From contig KV454016.1 of NCBI GenBank assembly GCA_001661245.1, positions 124,001 to 164,095 on the forward strand: a DNA stretch of 40,095 bases. Direction: 5' to 3'. This DNA is from Pachysolen tannophilus NRRL Y-2460. Taxonomy: Eukaryota. Numbering within the stretch: position 1 is the first letter of the stretch; the number at the start of each line of letters is the position of its first letter. The position numbers and the translations under genes were made by a program. Shown here in pieces: positions 1-11,466 of the stretch. Below the pieces are notes generated by a model. It saw only the letters and a program-made list of their open reading frames with translations. It did not search any database and was not told the origin of the DNA.

Positions 1-2411
1 ATTGGTCATTAGCATCACCTCTTACCCTTAGTTCGTCTCTGCCTGTTTTTGTTCCGGCTCCTTTGTTTTTTTGCAACTCAGCATCGTTCATGTACAGATT
101 ATCAAAGATTCTTTGCATATTAGAAATCAACTCTGTGTCTAGGTTGTGGTAGTTGGAAGGGTTAGAAACTTCGATGTTGATTTTTGATTTGAAATTTTGG
201 GCATATTCATCTATGATTTTGTCAACGACTTGTTGGTTTGTTAAGATTAATTTTTGTAATCTAGTAGGAACTTCTTGGTTATCACCAATTTCTAATTCAT
301 TTATATCTTCCTGTGGTAATAATGTCAAGACAATTTTTTTCAAGACTTTGCTCAAGACATGTATTGAGGGAGAGGGATAAAATAAAAAATCGGATGAGAT
401 TTTACTCAAGTTTCCAGAACTCAAATTTCTCTCATGATGCTTGTTTGGAAGAGGTAACGAATGATCATATTCATTTGCAGTTAAATAATTTGTTTCGATT
501 TCTGTATCTTGACCTTTATCTTTATCGAGATCCATTGATTCGACAAATTTGTTCATGGTCTCTAGCATTTCTTCTGATGGTAAGATTTTGGAAAATTTTT
601 CATTTGCATTTGCATTTGAATCATCAGACTTGATTAAACCTGTTAATCGATTATAGTTTGGAAATTTTTCATCTTCTCTGAATGGTAACCTAACTAAACT
701 AAAAGCGTATATCTTATCTTCAGAATTCTCTTGCAGTTGTTGAGTGCTAAAGTTACGTTTTAAAGATTCTTTTAAATTATCTTCTTCGTCTTCTTCTTCT
801 TTGACCATTTTTTGTAAATTTTTTGGAGATTGAGAACTTGTATGAGCCTTAACCTTAGCCTTATCAGTAGCCTTATCACTATTTACTAAAACCGGTATCA
901 ACGCACCCATATTAACTTCAGAATCTTTCTTTAAAACATATCTAACTATAAAAATAGATTCCAAATTTATCAAAGATTGGCATAACGAATTAAATGCTAG
1001 CACATCGCGTACAGAAGCATTTGAATTATTTGAAGATAACGTCTGTGAACCTTTATTAACCACAAGAATGGATTCTCCGGTTAGATACCATGGAGGCAAG
1101 TCGGATATTCTGATAATTCCTCTAATATCAATTCCTGGGAATGTTCGAAACTTCAAAATTTTTTCCAAATTCTTTGTCAAGGGTATCGTTGATTTGCCAT
1201 ATTTGTAAGCCCTCATTATTTCTGACAAACGAACAAATTCAACGTCTTCTTCTTCTTCTTCATCTTCTTCCTCTTCTTCATCTTTCATAACCCGCGTTTG
1301 TTCTTTATCTTCTGTCTTTTCTCCATCTGGTTCTTCGCTTTGTGATTTCTTATGAATATAGTAATCAGTTATATATTTCAAAGAATGTAATTCTCCCAGT
1401 TTGGAAAGGTCTCTTTCATTAGGATAATAAGCATAATTCTTAGCACTCATGCCTTGCTCTTTTTTAATAAAAGGATACCCTTCAACGGCAATACAAATTG
1501 ATACAATATCTCTATACTGATCGTATTTGAAAGAATTATTTTTATCATCATCATCATCTTTTCCAAAACTATTCAAGAATTCAAAATTATTATTATCAAT
1601 TTCGTTTAAATCACAACCAATCCTCAACTCTCCATCAAACGTCTTTGTTGGTTTATAAATTCTCGGTACTGCATTTTTCAAAACTTCAATTTGCAGTATA
1701 GCTTCTCCACCTGTTATAATTGATGAATCATTATTGAAAAATTTAAATAAATTTTCCCAATTCTTTTCATTCAATTTTTTTAAAGAATTTAAATCATTAT
1801 CGTATAACCCATGATCAACAGAAACTAAATAAAGTTTTGCATTATTAAAAGATTTCAAAATTTCTGGAATTGCTAATTGATAATCTTGTAAAAAATTTAT
1901 CTTTGACTTATTGTTTGTTAAAATCATGAAATTTATCTTGGTAAATGCATTCTTGTTCAATTTCCTATCTTCAGTCATTGAAAATGCCACCAATAAACTC
2001 TTAATCAAATCACCTTCAACTTCTTCATCTATTTCAGCTGGATTCACCACTAATTGATTTTTCAATTTTTTCAAATCTTCAAAATTAGCATGTTTCACTG
2101 GTAATAAAATTGAAATATTTCTATTCTCTAATTCAGTAGCTAATGGATTATTCGTCCCCACAGAATGACTAGCTATAACACATATTTGATCCTGCTTCTT
2201 CCCCATGATAATCTTAGTAGATACAACATCAAACAAGTATTCTAAGATATAATCCAAGTCACTCAACGATCTACCATTATTTAACTCACCCATCAGAGGT
2301 GATAAATCAATAATGAAAAATGTAAACTATTCAAGAAAAAACTTTAACGTTAATAACTAATCATTAATACAGACAAACTCTTCAACATTAACTTACCTCC
2401 TTATCAGCCAT
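1..2411 (-). CDS. YKU80: Ku80 DNA end-binding subunit, 3'-truncated; exon 1 2411-2397, exon 2 2326 to window edge
   Basis: Manual translation gives MADKE|FTFFIIDLSPxMGE (Ku80 vWA start), later YKYGKSTIP and LVRLPFRED (Ku core). Absent from the ORF track, presumably because there is no stop inside the window. Confidence 0.9.
2327..2396 (-). other. 70-nt spliceosomal intron in KU80
   Basis: GTAAGT donor, TATTAAC branch-like site, T-rich tract, TAG acceptor; splicing keeps the frame. Confidence 0.85.
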
Positions 2412-2545
2412 TCTATCTACCCAATAACTAACCCCATAACTCTTTTGTTCCTCTTGAAAATATTAATAATATCAATTTACTGTTAAATGGTTATAATTTG
2501 TATGTGTGAAGATGCGGATGCAAAAATGTAAATGAGAAAAAAGAT

Positions 2546-2551
2546 ACGCGT
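2546..2551. promoter_or_regulatory. MCB element (ACGCGT) in the divergent KU80/SLD2 promoter
   Basis: Exact ACGCGT about 100 bp upstream of SLD2, a G1/S replication gene. Confidence 0.6.
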
Positions 2552-2650
2552 AAAACAACATTTCTAATGAAGGTATTAAACATTTTTAAAGAAGAAGCAA
2601 AATACATTAAAGAAAGAAACTTGGTAGGTGGTAGAGGTTAGTGGGAAGTG

Positions 2651-4382
2651 ATGGTGCTGGATCTAGAGTTGGAGTTCAACAAGCTAAAGTTGGAAATCAA
2701 AGAATGGGAGCACAATTTTACAATGACAAATAATGGTGCTAAACCATCTTTAAAAGATATCAAGTTAAATTCTGAAATACAGCTGAAGTATAAGCAATAC
2801 AACAAGTTAAAGAAGCGGATACTGCTGTTGTCTCTGCAGTCGCCGCTGGTGCTGGATTCACAAGGGGTGGTTTCAGTGGGAAAGCAGGAGCAAGATAATA
2901 ATGGTTTTAAAACCCCTACTAAAAGATTGAAAAATGGATATGATAAAGTTATGATCTCTTCTCCTTCCAATCACAAGAAGAGATCACCTTTGAGAAAACT
3001 GGATCCTGTTATTGATAAATCCGGTGAGCAAAATGATTATGAGAGTCCCAACTCGATCAAGTCGTCGCCTTTCAAAATTAAAGAGTTGGGTCCCACTCCT
3101 CAACTAAATGGTCGGGTTTTAAGTATATTTGATATTCCATTAAATTCACCTGTAGTGACACCTGTGAAAAGACAGAAAGGAACAATGTCACCGAGTAAGA
3201 TATTGGAAGATCAAGAAGAGTTTCAGCAGGGTTCTGTTAATAGTAGCAGTGATGATGAACTGGATATTCAAAAATTAATTAATAAGGAAAATAGAGCAAA
3301 AACTGAGCCTGAACCAATTTTTAAAACTCCAATGAAGAAGAGACAACAGATTGAGTTTATCAAGACTCCAATCAAATATTCTAATAGTAAGTCTCCTTTG
3401 AAAAAGAAATTTATGGAAACTCCTCTATATTTAAGGAAAGACGTTGGACATGTAGATGGTAATGTTACAACGGATTTTTGGAAATCATCACCAAATTCTA
3501 AAGATTTAAAGAATCATCATATCACATTATCTAAAACACCTTCTCCAAATTCAAATTCAAATTCAAACTTAAACTTAAACTCAAACTCTGATTTAAAGAG
3601 AAAATCAAATGTATCTTCAAATAATAGTGTTTTACTTGACGTTGGATCTTCTCCAATATTTTCACCTCAATCTAGATTCTCCAAGAGGAAAAGTCTTTAT
3701 GAAATGATTAATGAATTGGATCAGATTCAAACAGAAATAACCAATATAGATGATGTTGAGGATGAAGATATTAAGAAATTAATTATGAGAGAGAACGAAT
3801 TATTAATAAGGAAGAAAAATGACGCTAAAATGGCAGAAAATGATGATGAATGGAATATACTAGTTGAGCAAGAAGCTCTGGCAGGAAAACAAGATGAAAT
3901 GAATCTGAAAAACACAGAAGAATCTTCTAATGCTATACAAAATTCCAAGCAGGATGAAACCCTACATGTACACAAGAAACTGAAAACTCAAAAGAGACAA
4001 ACAAGAAGAGTCAAATTACATTCTAGAACTGGTATAATTGCCAATCAACAAAAAGATGATTATGCAGAGGTAAATATTCATGAAAGATTAAAAGAAATGA
4101 GACAAGATGATATAGATCAGATGACAGCAGACCTGGAAGATATTGAAGACGAAAAGGATCTAGATGTATTAAATAATTTGGAAGACGATCTTTCCTCTGG
4201 TTCTAGTTCTTATACTTCCTCTTCTTCATCTTCTGAAGATGATGAAAAAGATGATGAAGAAGTAGTATTACGTAGTAAAGCCAAAGATATTAACGAGAAA
4301 AAGGAAAAATTCAAACCATTGAATACGAATTTCGTCAGGATGAAAATACATTATAAAAACAGAGGAAAGTTTAGAAAAAGGA

Positions 4383-4387
<5 letters not shown>
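2651..4387 (+). CDS. SLD2: DNA replication regulator Sld2/Drc1
   Basis: KLKLEIKEWEHNF..PS..DIK..KYKQYNKLK N-terminal domain, ELGPTPQLNG CDK site, many S/T-P sites, KRQTRRVK and NFVRMK motifs; first ATG at 2651. Confidence 0.9.

Positions 4388-4417
<30 letters not shown>
4385..4417 (+). repeat. (TAA)11 microsatellite beginning at the SLD2 stop codon
   Basis: Read directly from the sequence. Confidence 0.95.
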
Positions 4418-4419
<2 letters not shown>

Positions 4420-4470
4420 TCTGGCATATTATGATATCATTTAAACAATCTTCATTATACAGTAGATACT

Positions 4471-5976
4471 CTATGTACTTAACAATTGTAACATACCCTC
4501 AATTTGTTGTGATTCTTTTGCCTTTTCAATTTCCTGTTGTATTTTTTTAGAGAATGCAATCACCAATTCTTCCAATATTGGGGATTTTTCAATAACGCTA
4601 CCATACATCTCTAACACAACACCGATATAATCACTTACGATATTCACACTTCTGACATCTTCGATTGCTTTTAAAGACCATGTTAAAAGTGGTTCTAATT
4701 TAGTCTCATCTCTATCAGCCAATGCTACTCTAATTTTCCCTCTATTTTTCAATTCTTCTAATACAGTTATTGTTAATTCTCTGGACATTCCTGGAATAAA
4801 AGCATTATCTAATGCTTCTGACCACTTGAATGCATTAAGGCTTTTTTCAAACGGTTTTAATTTCTTTGTTTGTGTTGTCTTTAACTTATCATTAACTATA
4901 TGATGTTCATATTCTCCATGATATTCTGCTCCTCTCATCATTTTTTGAAATGCTCCCGATTTTGTTGAAGTTTTAACACCTTGTTTCACTCTTGGTTCAG
5001 TCTTTCTTGTCCTTATTGCCAATAAACCACTGCTTAACCCAACAACAAAATGTTTATGATTTGGTGATACACCACATCCTAATACACCTCCACCAAATTT
5101 CCAACCAAATTTAACTTCCCAATTTGAAGATGAAGAATCGAAAACTTTTACATGACCATCTAAGGATCCTGCTAATATTCCTCTTTCTCCAGCATCAGAA
5201 AGACATGTGACAGTCTTGGTAAAATTGGTCATATCTCTCAATTGTTTCCCAGCGGTTAAATCCCAAATTTTTATAGATCTTCCACCACATGATATTAAAT
5301 TTGTAGAATTTAAAGAAAGTATATCTTCAACAGGAAAATCTTGATTAAATTTTAAAATTGGATCATTATTTGTATTATTCACTCTAGGATCAAAAACTCT
5401 TACATATCCATCATAACAACCTGTTGCAACTAAATTACTTCCTGGAATAAAATTTGCAGACCTTATATAATCTTCATGATTACCAAATACATTTATAGGA
5501 GCCAGACTATTTGAAATATCATATAACCTTGCAACTCTATCATCAGAACCCGTCAACAAATTTGTTAGATTCGTTGGATGAAACTTTGTCACGTGAGTAG
5601 GATGAGATGAAGCATTTATACTAACAAGCAAAGTTCTTGGCTGTAATGCATCAAATACTTGAACTAAACCAGTTTGATCTCCTGCAACCAATAATTTACC
5701 ATCATTCCTAAACTCTGCACTATATACAACATCTTTAAACCTTGAAAATGTCTTGGCAACTTGCCTTGTCTTCGAGGAAAAAACCTGAACTCTTGTCGAA
5801 GAAGTAATGGCAAAATCATAAGGAGAAATTGGATTGAAATGAATATGTGTTATCGAATTATGCTCTTTAACTAATTGAGTATTGGTAAAACCTCTCCAAT
5901 ACCTCTGCTCCGGAGTCGTCTGAGCTGGAAGCGTCAGGTTCCGAACCTGAACAACTCTTTTCTTAGAAGACGACAT
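4471..5976 (-). CDS. UTP15: U3 snoRNP WD40 protein Utp15
   Basis: LPAQTTPEQRYWR, FSRFKDVVYSAEFRNDGKLL, UTP15 C-terminal domain ending IEGMLQLL; first ATG at 5976. Confidence 0.95.
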   Translation of the reverse strand: MSSSKKRVVQVRNLTLPAQTTPEQRYWRGFTNTQLVKEHNSITHIHFNPISPYDFAITSSTRVQVFSSKTRQVAKTFSRFKDVVYSAEFRNDGKLLVAGDQTGLVQVFDALQPRTLLVSINASSHPTHVTKFHPTNLTNLLTGSDDRVARLYDISNSLAPINVFGNHEDYIRSANFIPGSNLVATGCYDGYVRVFDPRVNNTNNDPILKFNQDFPVEDILSLNSTNLISCGGRSIKIWDLTAGKQLRDMTNFTKTVTCLSDAGERGILAGSLDGHVKVFDSSSSNWEVKFGWKFGGGVLGCGVSPNHKHFVVGLSSGLLAIRTRKTEPRVKQGVKTSTKSGAFQKMMRGAEYHGEYEHHIVNDKLKTTQTKKLKPFEKSLNAFKWSEALDNAFIPGMSRELTITVLEELKNRGKIRVALADRDETKLEPLLTWSLKAIEDVRSVNIVSDYIGVVLEMYGSVIEKSPILEELVIAFSKKIQQEIEKAKESQQIEGMLQLLST

Positions 5977-6078
5977 CACTCTACCGTCACTTGGATATCG
6001 AAAAAAACAATGGAATCAACTACAACCCAGTCTTCTAATTCATCTATATTATGAACAATCATTAATACCATCTTTTAG

Positions 6079-6268
6079 AAATTTTTCACCTTAAAAGAAA
6101 AGAAAAAAAAAAAAAAATTTTTTTCCGGAAAAATGAAAAAATAACCAAATTAAGAAATTTTGCTTGAAATTTTTAAAATTGCCTAATATGGAAGTCATTT
6201 GTTTTTTTTAGGGGTATTATTGATTTAGAAGCAAGAGATGGTAGAGATGGTAGAGATTAGATGATGAG
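6079..6268. promoter_or_regulatory. RRPE (6079-6088) and PAC core GATGAG (6263-6268) upstream of UTP15
   Basis: TGAAAAATTT on the minus strand plus GATGAG, typical of ribosome-biogenesis promoters. Confidence 0.5.
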
Positions 6269-6627
6269 TTTTCTTGGTTTTCAGCAACTCTTTTGGTTCA
6301 GCTAAAATGTTGGTTAAATCTATATGTTTTGGGAACCTTTATTTTCAGTTTAGTGTGGTTAGGTGAAGTAGAAATTACTTTAAAATTAGTATAAATGAAT
6401 TAAATAGATTGAAAATATTTACCATATATTTTTATAAGATTTTTATATATACTATTAAACCCTTTATTCCTCTTTATTCCCAATAACAAAAAAAGTGAAA
6501 AAGTGAAAAAAAAAAACTGAAATGAAATAAAATGAAATGAAAACCTTTAAATTACAGAAAAAATGCTAAAACTTAATACATTGGAAAAAAAATGAAATAA
6601 ATGACGAAAAAAAAATGAAAAATGATT

Positions 6628-7344
6628 TTAGTTTATTAAACCGGAAGAATTATTAATTGAAGAAGATACGTCACTATCTGGTTCACTTGCAGTAGTTGAT
6701 TTTGATGCTGAATTATTGCTGTTAGCATTTGCTGACAGACTTAATTTCATTTCGAATGATTTTAATCTTAATCTCTTGGATATGGACTTTCTGTTTTTCG
6801 TTTTTTCACCCAATATATCTTCTAATTCTCCACTATCGCTATTACAACCCTCGTTATAAGTTGTATCTTTTAAATTACGTTGACGATTATCTGAGATTTC
6901 GCTGCTGGTGTCACTGATACTTCCATGATCGCTGGAGTTATTGCTGCTGTCACTTCTGCTACAACTGCAACTAGTACAATCATTTATATCTGTACAGTTT
7001 CTATTAAATTTTGAACTTAATAATTCAACTTTATCAAATGAAGATTTAAAACTTTTGGAAACAAATTTTAAATTAACGTTAAATTTCAGAGTATTTAAAT
7101 AATTGATAAATAAATAATCCAATATTGATTCTTCAGAAATGTTAGCCAAGACATGGGATTGATAACGTAATGCTTTAAAATCTTTAAGTTTTGGTTGTGA
7201 ATCAATGATTTTTTTATAAAGTCTTTTAGAAATTGAATTTCTATCCAAGAGACTTGAATTTGTAACTGTATATGTTGATTTGGAATTTTTAGGATTAATT
7301 TTATTATTTTTATAAAATGATAATATACTATTTTGTGAATTCAT
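6628..7344 (-). CDS. Hypothetical protein, probably the C-terminal part of a gene split at an A9 run
   Basis: 238-codon ORF in very AT-rich DNA with a Ser-rich tail; its ATG overlaps the upstream ORF stop (ATGA). Confidence 0.55.
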   Translation of the reverse strand: MNSQNSILSFYKNNKINPKNSKSTYTVTNSSLLDRNSISKRLYKKIIDSQPKLKDFKALRYQSHVLANISEESILDYLFINYLNTLKFNVNLKFVSKSFKSSFDKVELLSSKFNRNCTDINDCTSCSCSRSDSSNNSSDHGSISDTSSEISDNRQRNLKDTTYNEGCNSDSGELEDILGEKTKNRKSISKRLRLKSFEMKLSLSANANSNNSASKSTTASEPDSDVSSSINNSSGLIN

Positions 7345-7760
7345 ATTAATTTTTTTTTATATTTTGAATTTTCTTTCACATCATCTTCAGAATTAATATC
7401 TTCTCCAGAATTATGATTTTGTAAAAAAATATCAAATTTTGTTTTTGAATTTAAATATTTTTTCTTTTTTTTAATATAATCTTCTAATTCTAATTTCCCT
7501 CTTTCTGAAAACATAGCATATAAACATGCTGCATAAACATTCATACAAGCTCTATAATAAAAATGCCTATCATTATCAGGCATTCCACTATTCAAAATCT
7601 CTGTTGAATAAGAATATAATATCCTTGAAAAATATTCAATTGTGACTTTATTGAAATATTTTGACAATGGTTGTATTATACTAATATCATAATTGACTGG
7701 ATTATTAAAATCAAATTCATAATTTTTATTACTGAAATCAAGTTGTGTATTCAACATCAT
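7341..7760 (-). CDS. Hypothetical protein, probably the N-terminal part of the same split gene
   Basis: 139-codon ORF with a globular-looking segment (RHFYYRACMNVYAACLYAMF); TATATAAA about 220 bp upstream. Confidence 0.55.
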   Translation of the reverse strand: MMLNTQLDFSNKNYEFDFNNPVNYDISIIQPLSKYFNKVTIEYFSRILYSYSTEILNSGMPDNDRHFYYRACMNVYAACLYAMFSERGKLELEDYIKKKKKYLNSKTKFDIFLQNHNSGEDINSEDDVKENSKYKKKLI

Positions 7761-7981
7761 CCTATTTTATTTGAATTGTAATTTTATAGTTTATAGTACC
7801 TGGTGAATGGACTTTTTTCTTTAATTTTCCTCTTTATTTATTTTTGTAGATTTGATAGGTTATATAGAACTGGTGATTTTGGTTATTTGACTTTGACCAA
7901 AAAAAAAAAAAAAAAAAAAAATGCTAATTGAAAATAAGAAGATTATGCAGCCTAAAATTCAAAGAAGGCGTTCCCTCTATG

Positions 7982-7989
7982 TTTATATA
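7982..7989 (-). promoter_or_regulatory. TATA box candidate for the orphan gene
   Basis: TATATAAA on the minus strand, matches TATAWAWR. Confidence 0.4.
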
Positions 7990-9494
7990 CAGACGCAGTG
8001 AAAATTCAAAAATAAAAATTAAAAAAAAAAGAAAAAGAAAAAGAAAAATGGAAATGCTGAATATTGACTTTTTTACGGTCATGTGCTAATCCAGTCTTAA
8101 CATCCTCAAGAACAATCACCAATTCCCCCTATGAAAAGATACAGATATGTAAAACAAAACCCAAAAAAAAAAAGAAATTTACAGTTTATTCAAGAGAATC
8201 TTCTCTTGCAGATCGCTTAATTTTATGCACCAACTTCCAAATATAGTACCGAACTTCTATTTACAGTACTGTAATTGCTTCCAAAAGAGGAAAACTTTGG
8301 TTTAAAGTTTATCAGCAACAGAAATTTTTTTAGAAAAAAAGAAAGGATAAAATTTCTTTTCGGGCTGTTTATTATTAAAACGACGATCCTTAAAATATAC
8401 TTTTTTTTTAGATGACTTTTCAAGTGGTGCATACATACTCTAGTGGTGTTATCACAAAAACATTGAACATGATCTAAGCAGATGTTTGGCCTTAAGTGTC
8501 CCGTTAGCAATTTTCATGGACTTGGCCGCTAGAGATGGGTCCTAATTAAGATCTAGATTAATTGATACCTATAACATTTATTATACATACTACTTACTAA
8601 AAGTAAATTGAACGGTACATCGGATAATAATCACTGTATAAAGAAAAGGGAAAAGGAAAAATAGTATTAAAAAAAGAAAAAAAAAATTTTTTTTTCTTTG
8701 ATGTATATTGAACCGTTTTAAAAATTACTTATCGCTTACTCTTCAAATCTGAGAGATGAGGCGCACAGGGATTAACTGAATGTACCCCTCCTTGTAGTGA
8801 GATAAAATCGAATCTCTTTACTTAAGGTGAACTGCGAAACTTAAAAAAATCTGCAATTGTTAGCGAATAGCGAATTTTTTCTTTTTCTTTTTTTTTTTTT
8901 TTTTTTTTTTTATTTTTATTTTTTTATTCTTCAACCTTTTAACTTTATACCAAGAAATCAATTTGCATATACATGAATAATCTCTATTGTTTTTTTTTCA
9001 GTTCCAAAAAGAACCCCGCATTGTTAAAATCAAATTTTCATGTTAAAAACATTCAAGAGATAAGAGGATAACCAATGATCATTCTCGTTAATCTTCAATT
9101 TCTTCATGTGAAAAAAAAAAAAAAAAAAAAAAACAAAAAGAAAAAAGAAAAGAAAAGAAAAATAAAATAAAAGTTGTCACGGTCATCGTCATCATAGTCG
9201 TCATCTTCATCGTCATCATCATCCGATAAAGAAAAAAGTTGAAAATGTAATTTTTTGGTTGGTTCGTACAGCAATTAAAATACCCGTCTTGTTGACACGT
9301 GTCGTGTGTTTTTTTGTAAAAAATTTTATTTTTAGAGTTTTGGCAGATAGTACCGTGAAATAGTATGCCAAAATATCAAGTTTAATACCCTGTTTTATTT
9401 TTAACAATGGCCAGTTTTATGGGTTCAATTACAATCAATTAGTATTATTCATTTATAGGTATAGAATAGAGGTTTAAAAAAAAATTAAAGAAAA

Positions 9495-11446
9495 ATGTCA
9501 ATTTCTAATAGTAAGTGTTTTGTTTTTTGAGGGGAATTTATGAGATTGAGTTTTAATTGATTTAATTTGAGTAAATAATAGTTTGCTAACATGTGTACTA
9601 TTTTTTTAATTTATTTTTTTTGGCTATAGGTTCAATTTGGGCTCCATTACCGTCAACTACAAGAGCATTTCCGACTCATTTATCGTACGATTTGAAATCG
9701 GATAGGATAGCTTATGCTTCTGGGAAGTCAGTGTTTGTACGCTCGGTTTCGGATCCTAGTAAATCGATTCAATTCATTCAGCATAATGCGCCTGCATCAG
9801 TTCTGAGATTTGCACCATCTGGTTTTTATATAGCAAGTGGCGATGAAAATGGTAACGTTAAAATTTGGGATTGTGTTGGTGAGGATCTTATTCTTAAAGG
9901 TGAGTACCCGATAATAAGCGGTAAGATAAATGATATTGCTTGGGATGTGGAAAGTAAAAGAATCATTGCTGTTGGTGATGGTAAAGAAAGATTTGGACAT
10001 TGTTTTACATATGATTCTGGGAATTCTGTTGGAGAAATCTTGGGTCATAGTTCTCAAATTAATGCTGTTGCCATTAAACCCAATAGGCCATATAGAGCAG
10101 CAACTGTTTCCGATGATGGTGGTTTAGTTTTCTTGGCTGGACCTCCTTTTAAATTCCAAGCTTCTGTTAGAGGTCATCATAATAATTTTGTACGTGATGT
10201 TAAATATTCACCAGATGGTAAATATATTGTAAGTGTTGGTTTTGATAGGAAAATAGTTGTTTATGATGGTAAAAATGGTGAATTTTTAAAAGAAATTGAA
10301 AATGATCATCAAGGTGGTTTATTTGGTGTTGATTTTATAATTGGTCAAGATAATAAATTTGTTACATGTTCTGCTGATTGTTCAGTAAAATTATGGGATA
10401 TTGAATCTGATAAATTAATTAAATCTTGGAATTTAGAAAATAAATTAGAAAATCAACAAGTTGGTCTTGTATCTACCAAGGATTATATAATTTCTTTATC
10501 ACTAAATGGTAATTTAAATTATTTTAAAATTGATTCGGATGATACAAAACCTTCAAAAATTGTTAAAGGTCATCAAAAATCTATTACTGCTTTAGCTACT
10601 ACAGAAAATGGAGAATATATCTATACAGGTAGTTATGATGGAAGGTTTTGTAAATGGTCTCTTGACACTGGATTAGCACAAGATATCGAACCAGGTGAAT
10701 CCACTCTAATACATAGTAATTTAATTGTTGGAATCAATAATTTAAAAAGGGGAAATGAATTAATCAGTGTTGCTTGGGATGATACAATTAAGAAAATAAC
10801 CAATTCTAAATTTAATGGTTCTTTAAACATTGGTGAACAACCAAGACAAGTTGCTTCTTTTACAGATAAATCAGTTGTTATTACTGAGACAAAATTAATT
10901 TTGTATGACAATAATGGTAGTTTAGAGAAATTAAAAGAAATTGAATTGAAATTTCCAACTACTCCAGCATTAGATATTTGTTCCAAATATATTGTTATTA
11001 CTAATGCTTCTAATAATCAACCAATAATTTATGATTTTGAATTAAATCAAATTGAATCAATTAATTTACCAACTATTGTTTCTAAACCAAATATTGCCAA
11101 AATTTCTCCAAATGAAAAATTTCTTGCAGTTGGTGATATTTTTGGTAAAATTTTTTTATTTAATTTAGAAACACAAAAGATTCAAACTTCTAGATGGTCA
11201 TTTCATACATCTAAAATCAATAGTATTGCTTGGAATGAAGATAATGATCATGTTGTTAGTGGCTCTTCAGATACAAACATTATTGTGTACAGTGTTACTT
11301 CACCTGGAAGAACAATCAAGAGTTTAAATGCCCACAAGGAAGGTGTTAACGCTGTTAGCTGGATCTACAGAAATGGTGATGATAAACAACAAATTATCAG
11401 TGGTGGAAGTGATAGTACTATTAAGCTCTGGGATATTAATTTCTAA
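9495..11446 (+). CDS. AIP1: Actin-interacting protein 1 (WD40), 610 aa; exons 9495-9510 and 9630-11446
   Basis: Spliced start MSISNSSIWAPLPSTTR; APSGFYIASGD, DSGNSVGEI, RPYRAAT, GPPFKF motifs. Confidence 0.95.
9511..9629 (+). other. 119-nt intron in AIP1
   Basis: GTAAGT donor, TGCTAAC branch (9584-9590), T-tract, TAG acceptor; frame restored. Confidence 0.9.
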
Positions 11447-11466
11447 ATACATATATATTTTTTTGA

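Noticed and set aside
153..633. Plus-strand ORFs of 75 and 106 aa
   Set aside because: Antisense shadows of KU80 with non-ATG starts.
6628..7344. Orphan as Ime1 or MATalpha1
   Set aside because: Only a few residues of resemblance; insufficient.
7341..7381. Orphan as a captured linear-plasmid (virus-like element) gene pair: ATGA overlap and ATGTGA about 30 nt upstream
   Set aside because: The hexamer is expected by chance, the Ser-rich tail looks nuclear, and there is no resemblance to plasmid proteins that I know.
8064..8510. Short ORFs in the long intergenic region
   Set aside because: TTG starts, homopolymer-derived composition, no recognisable motif.
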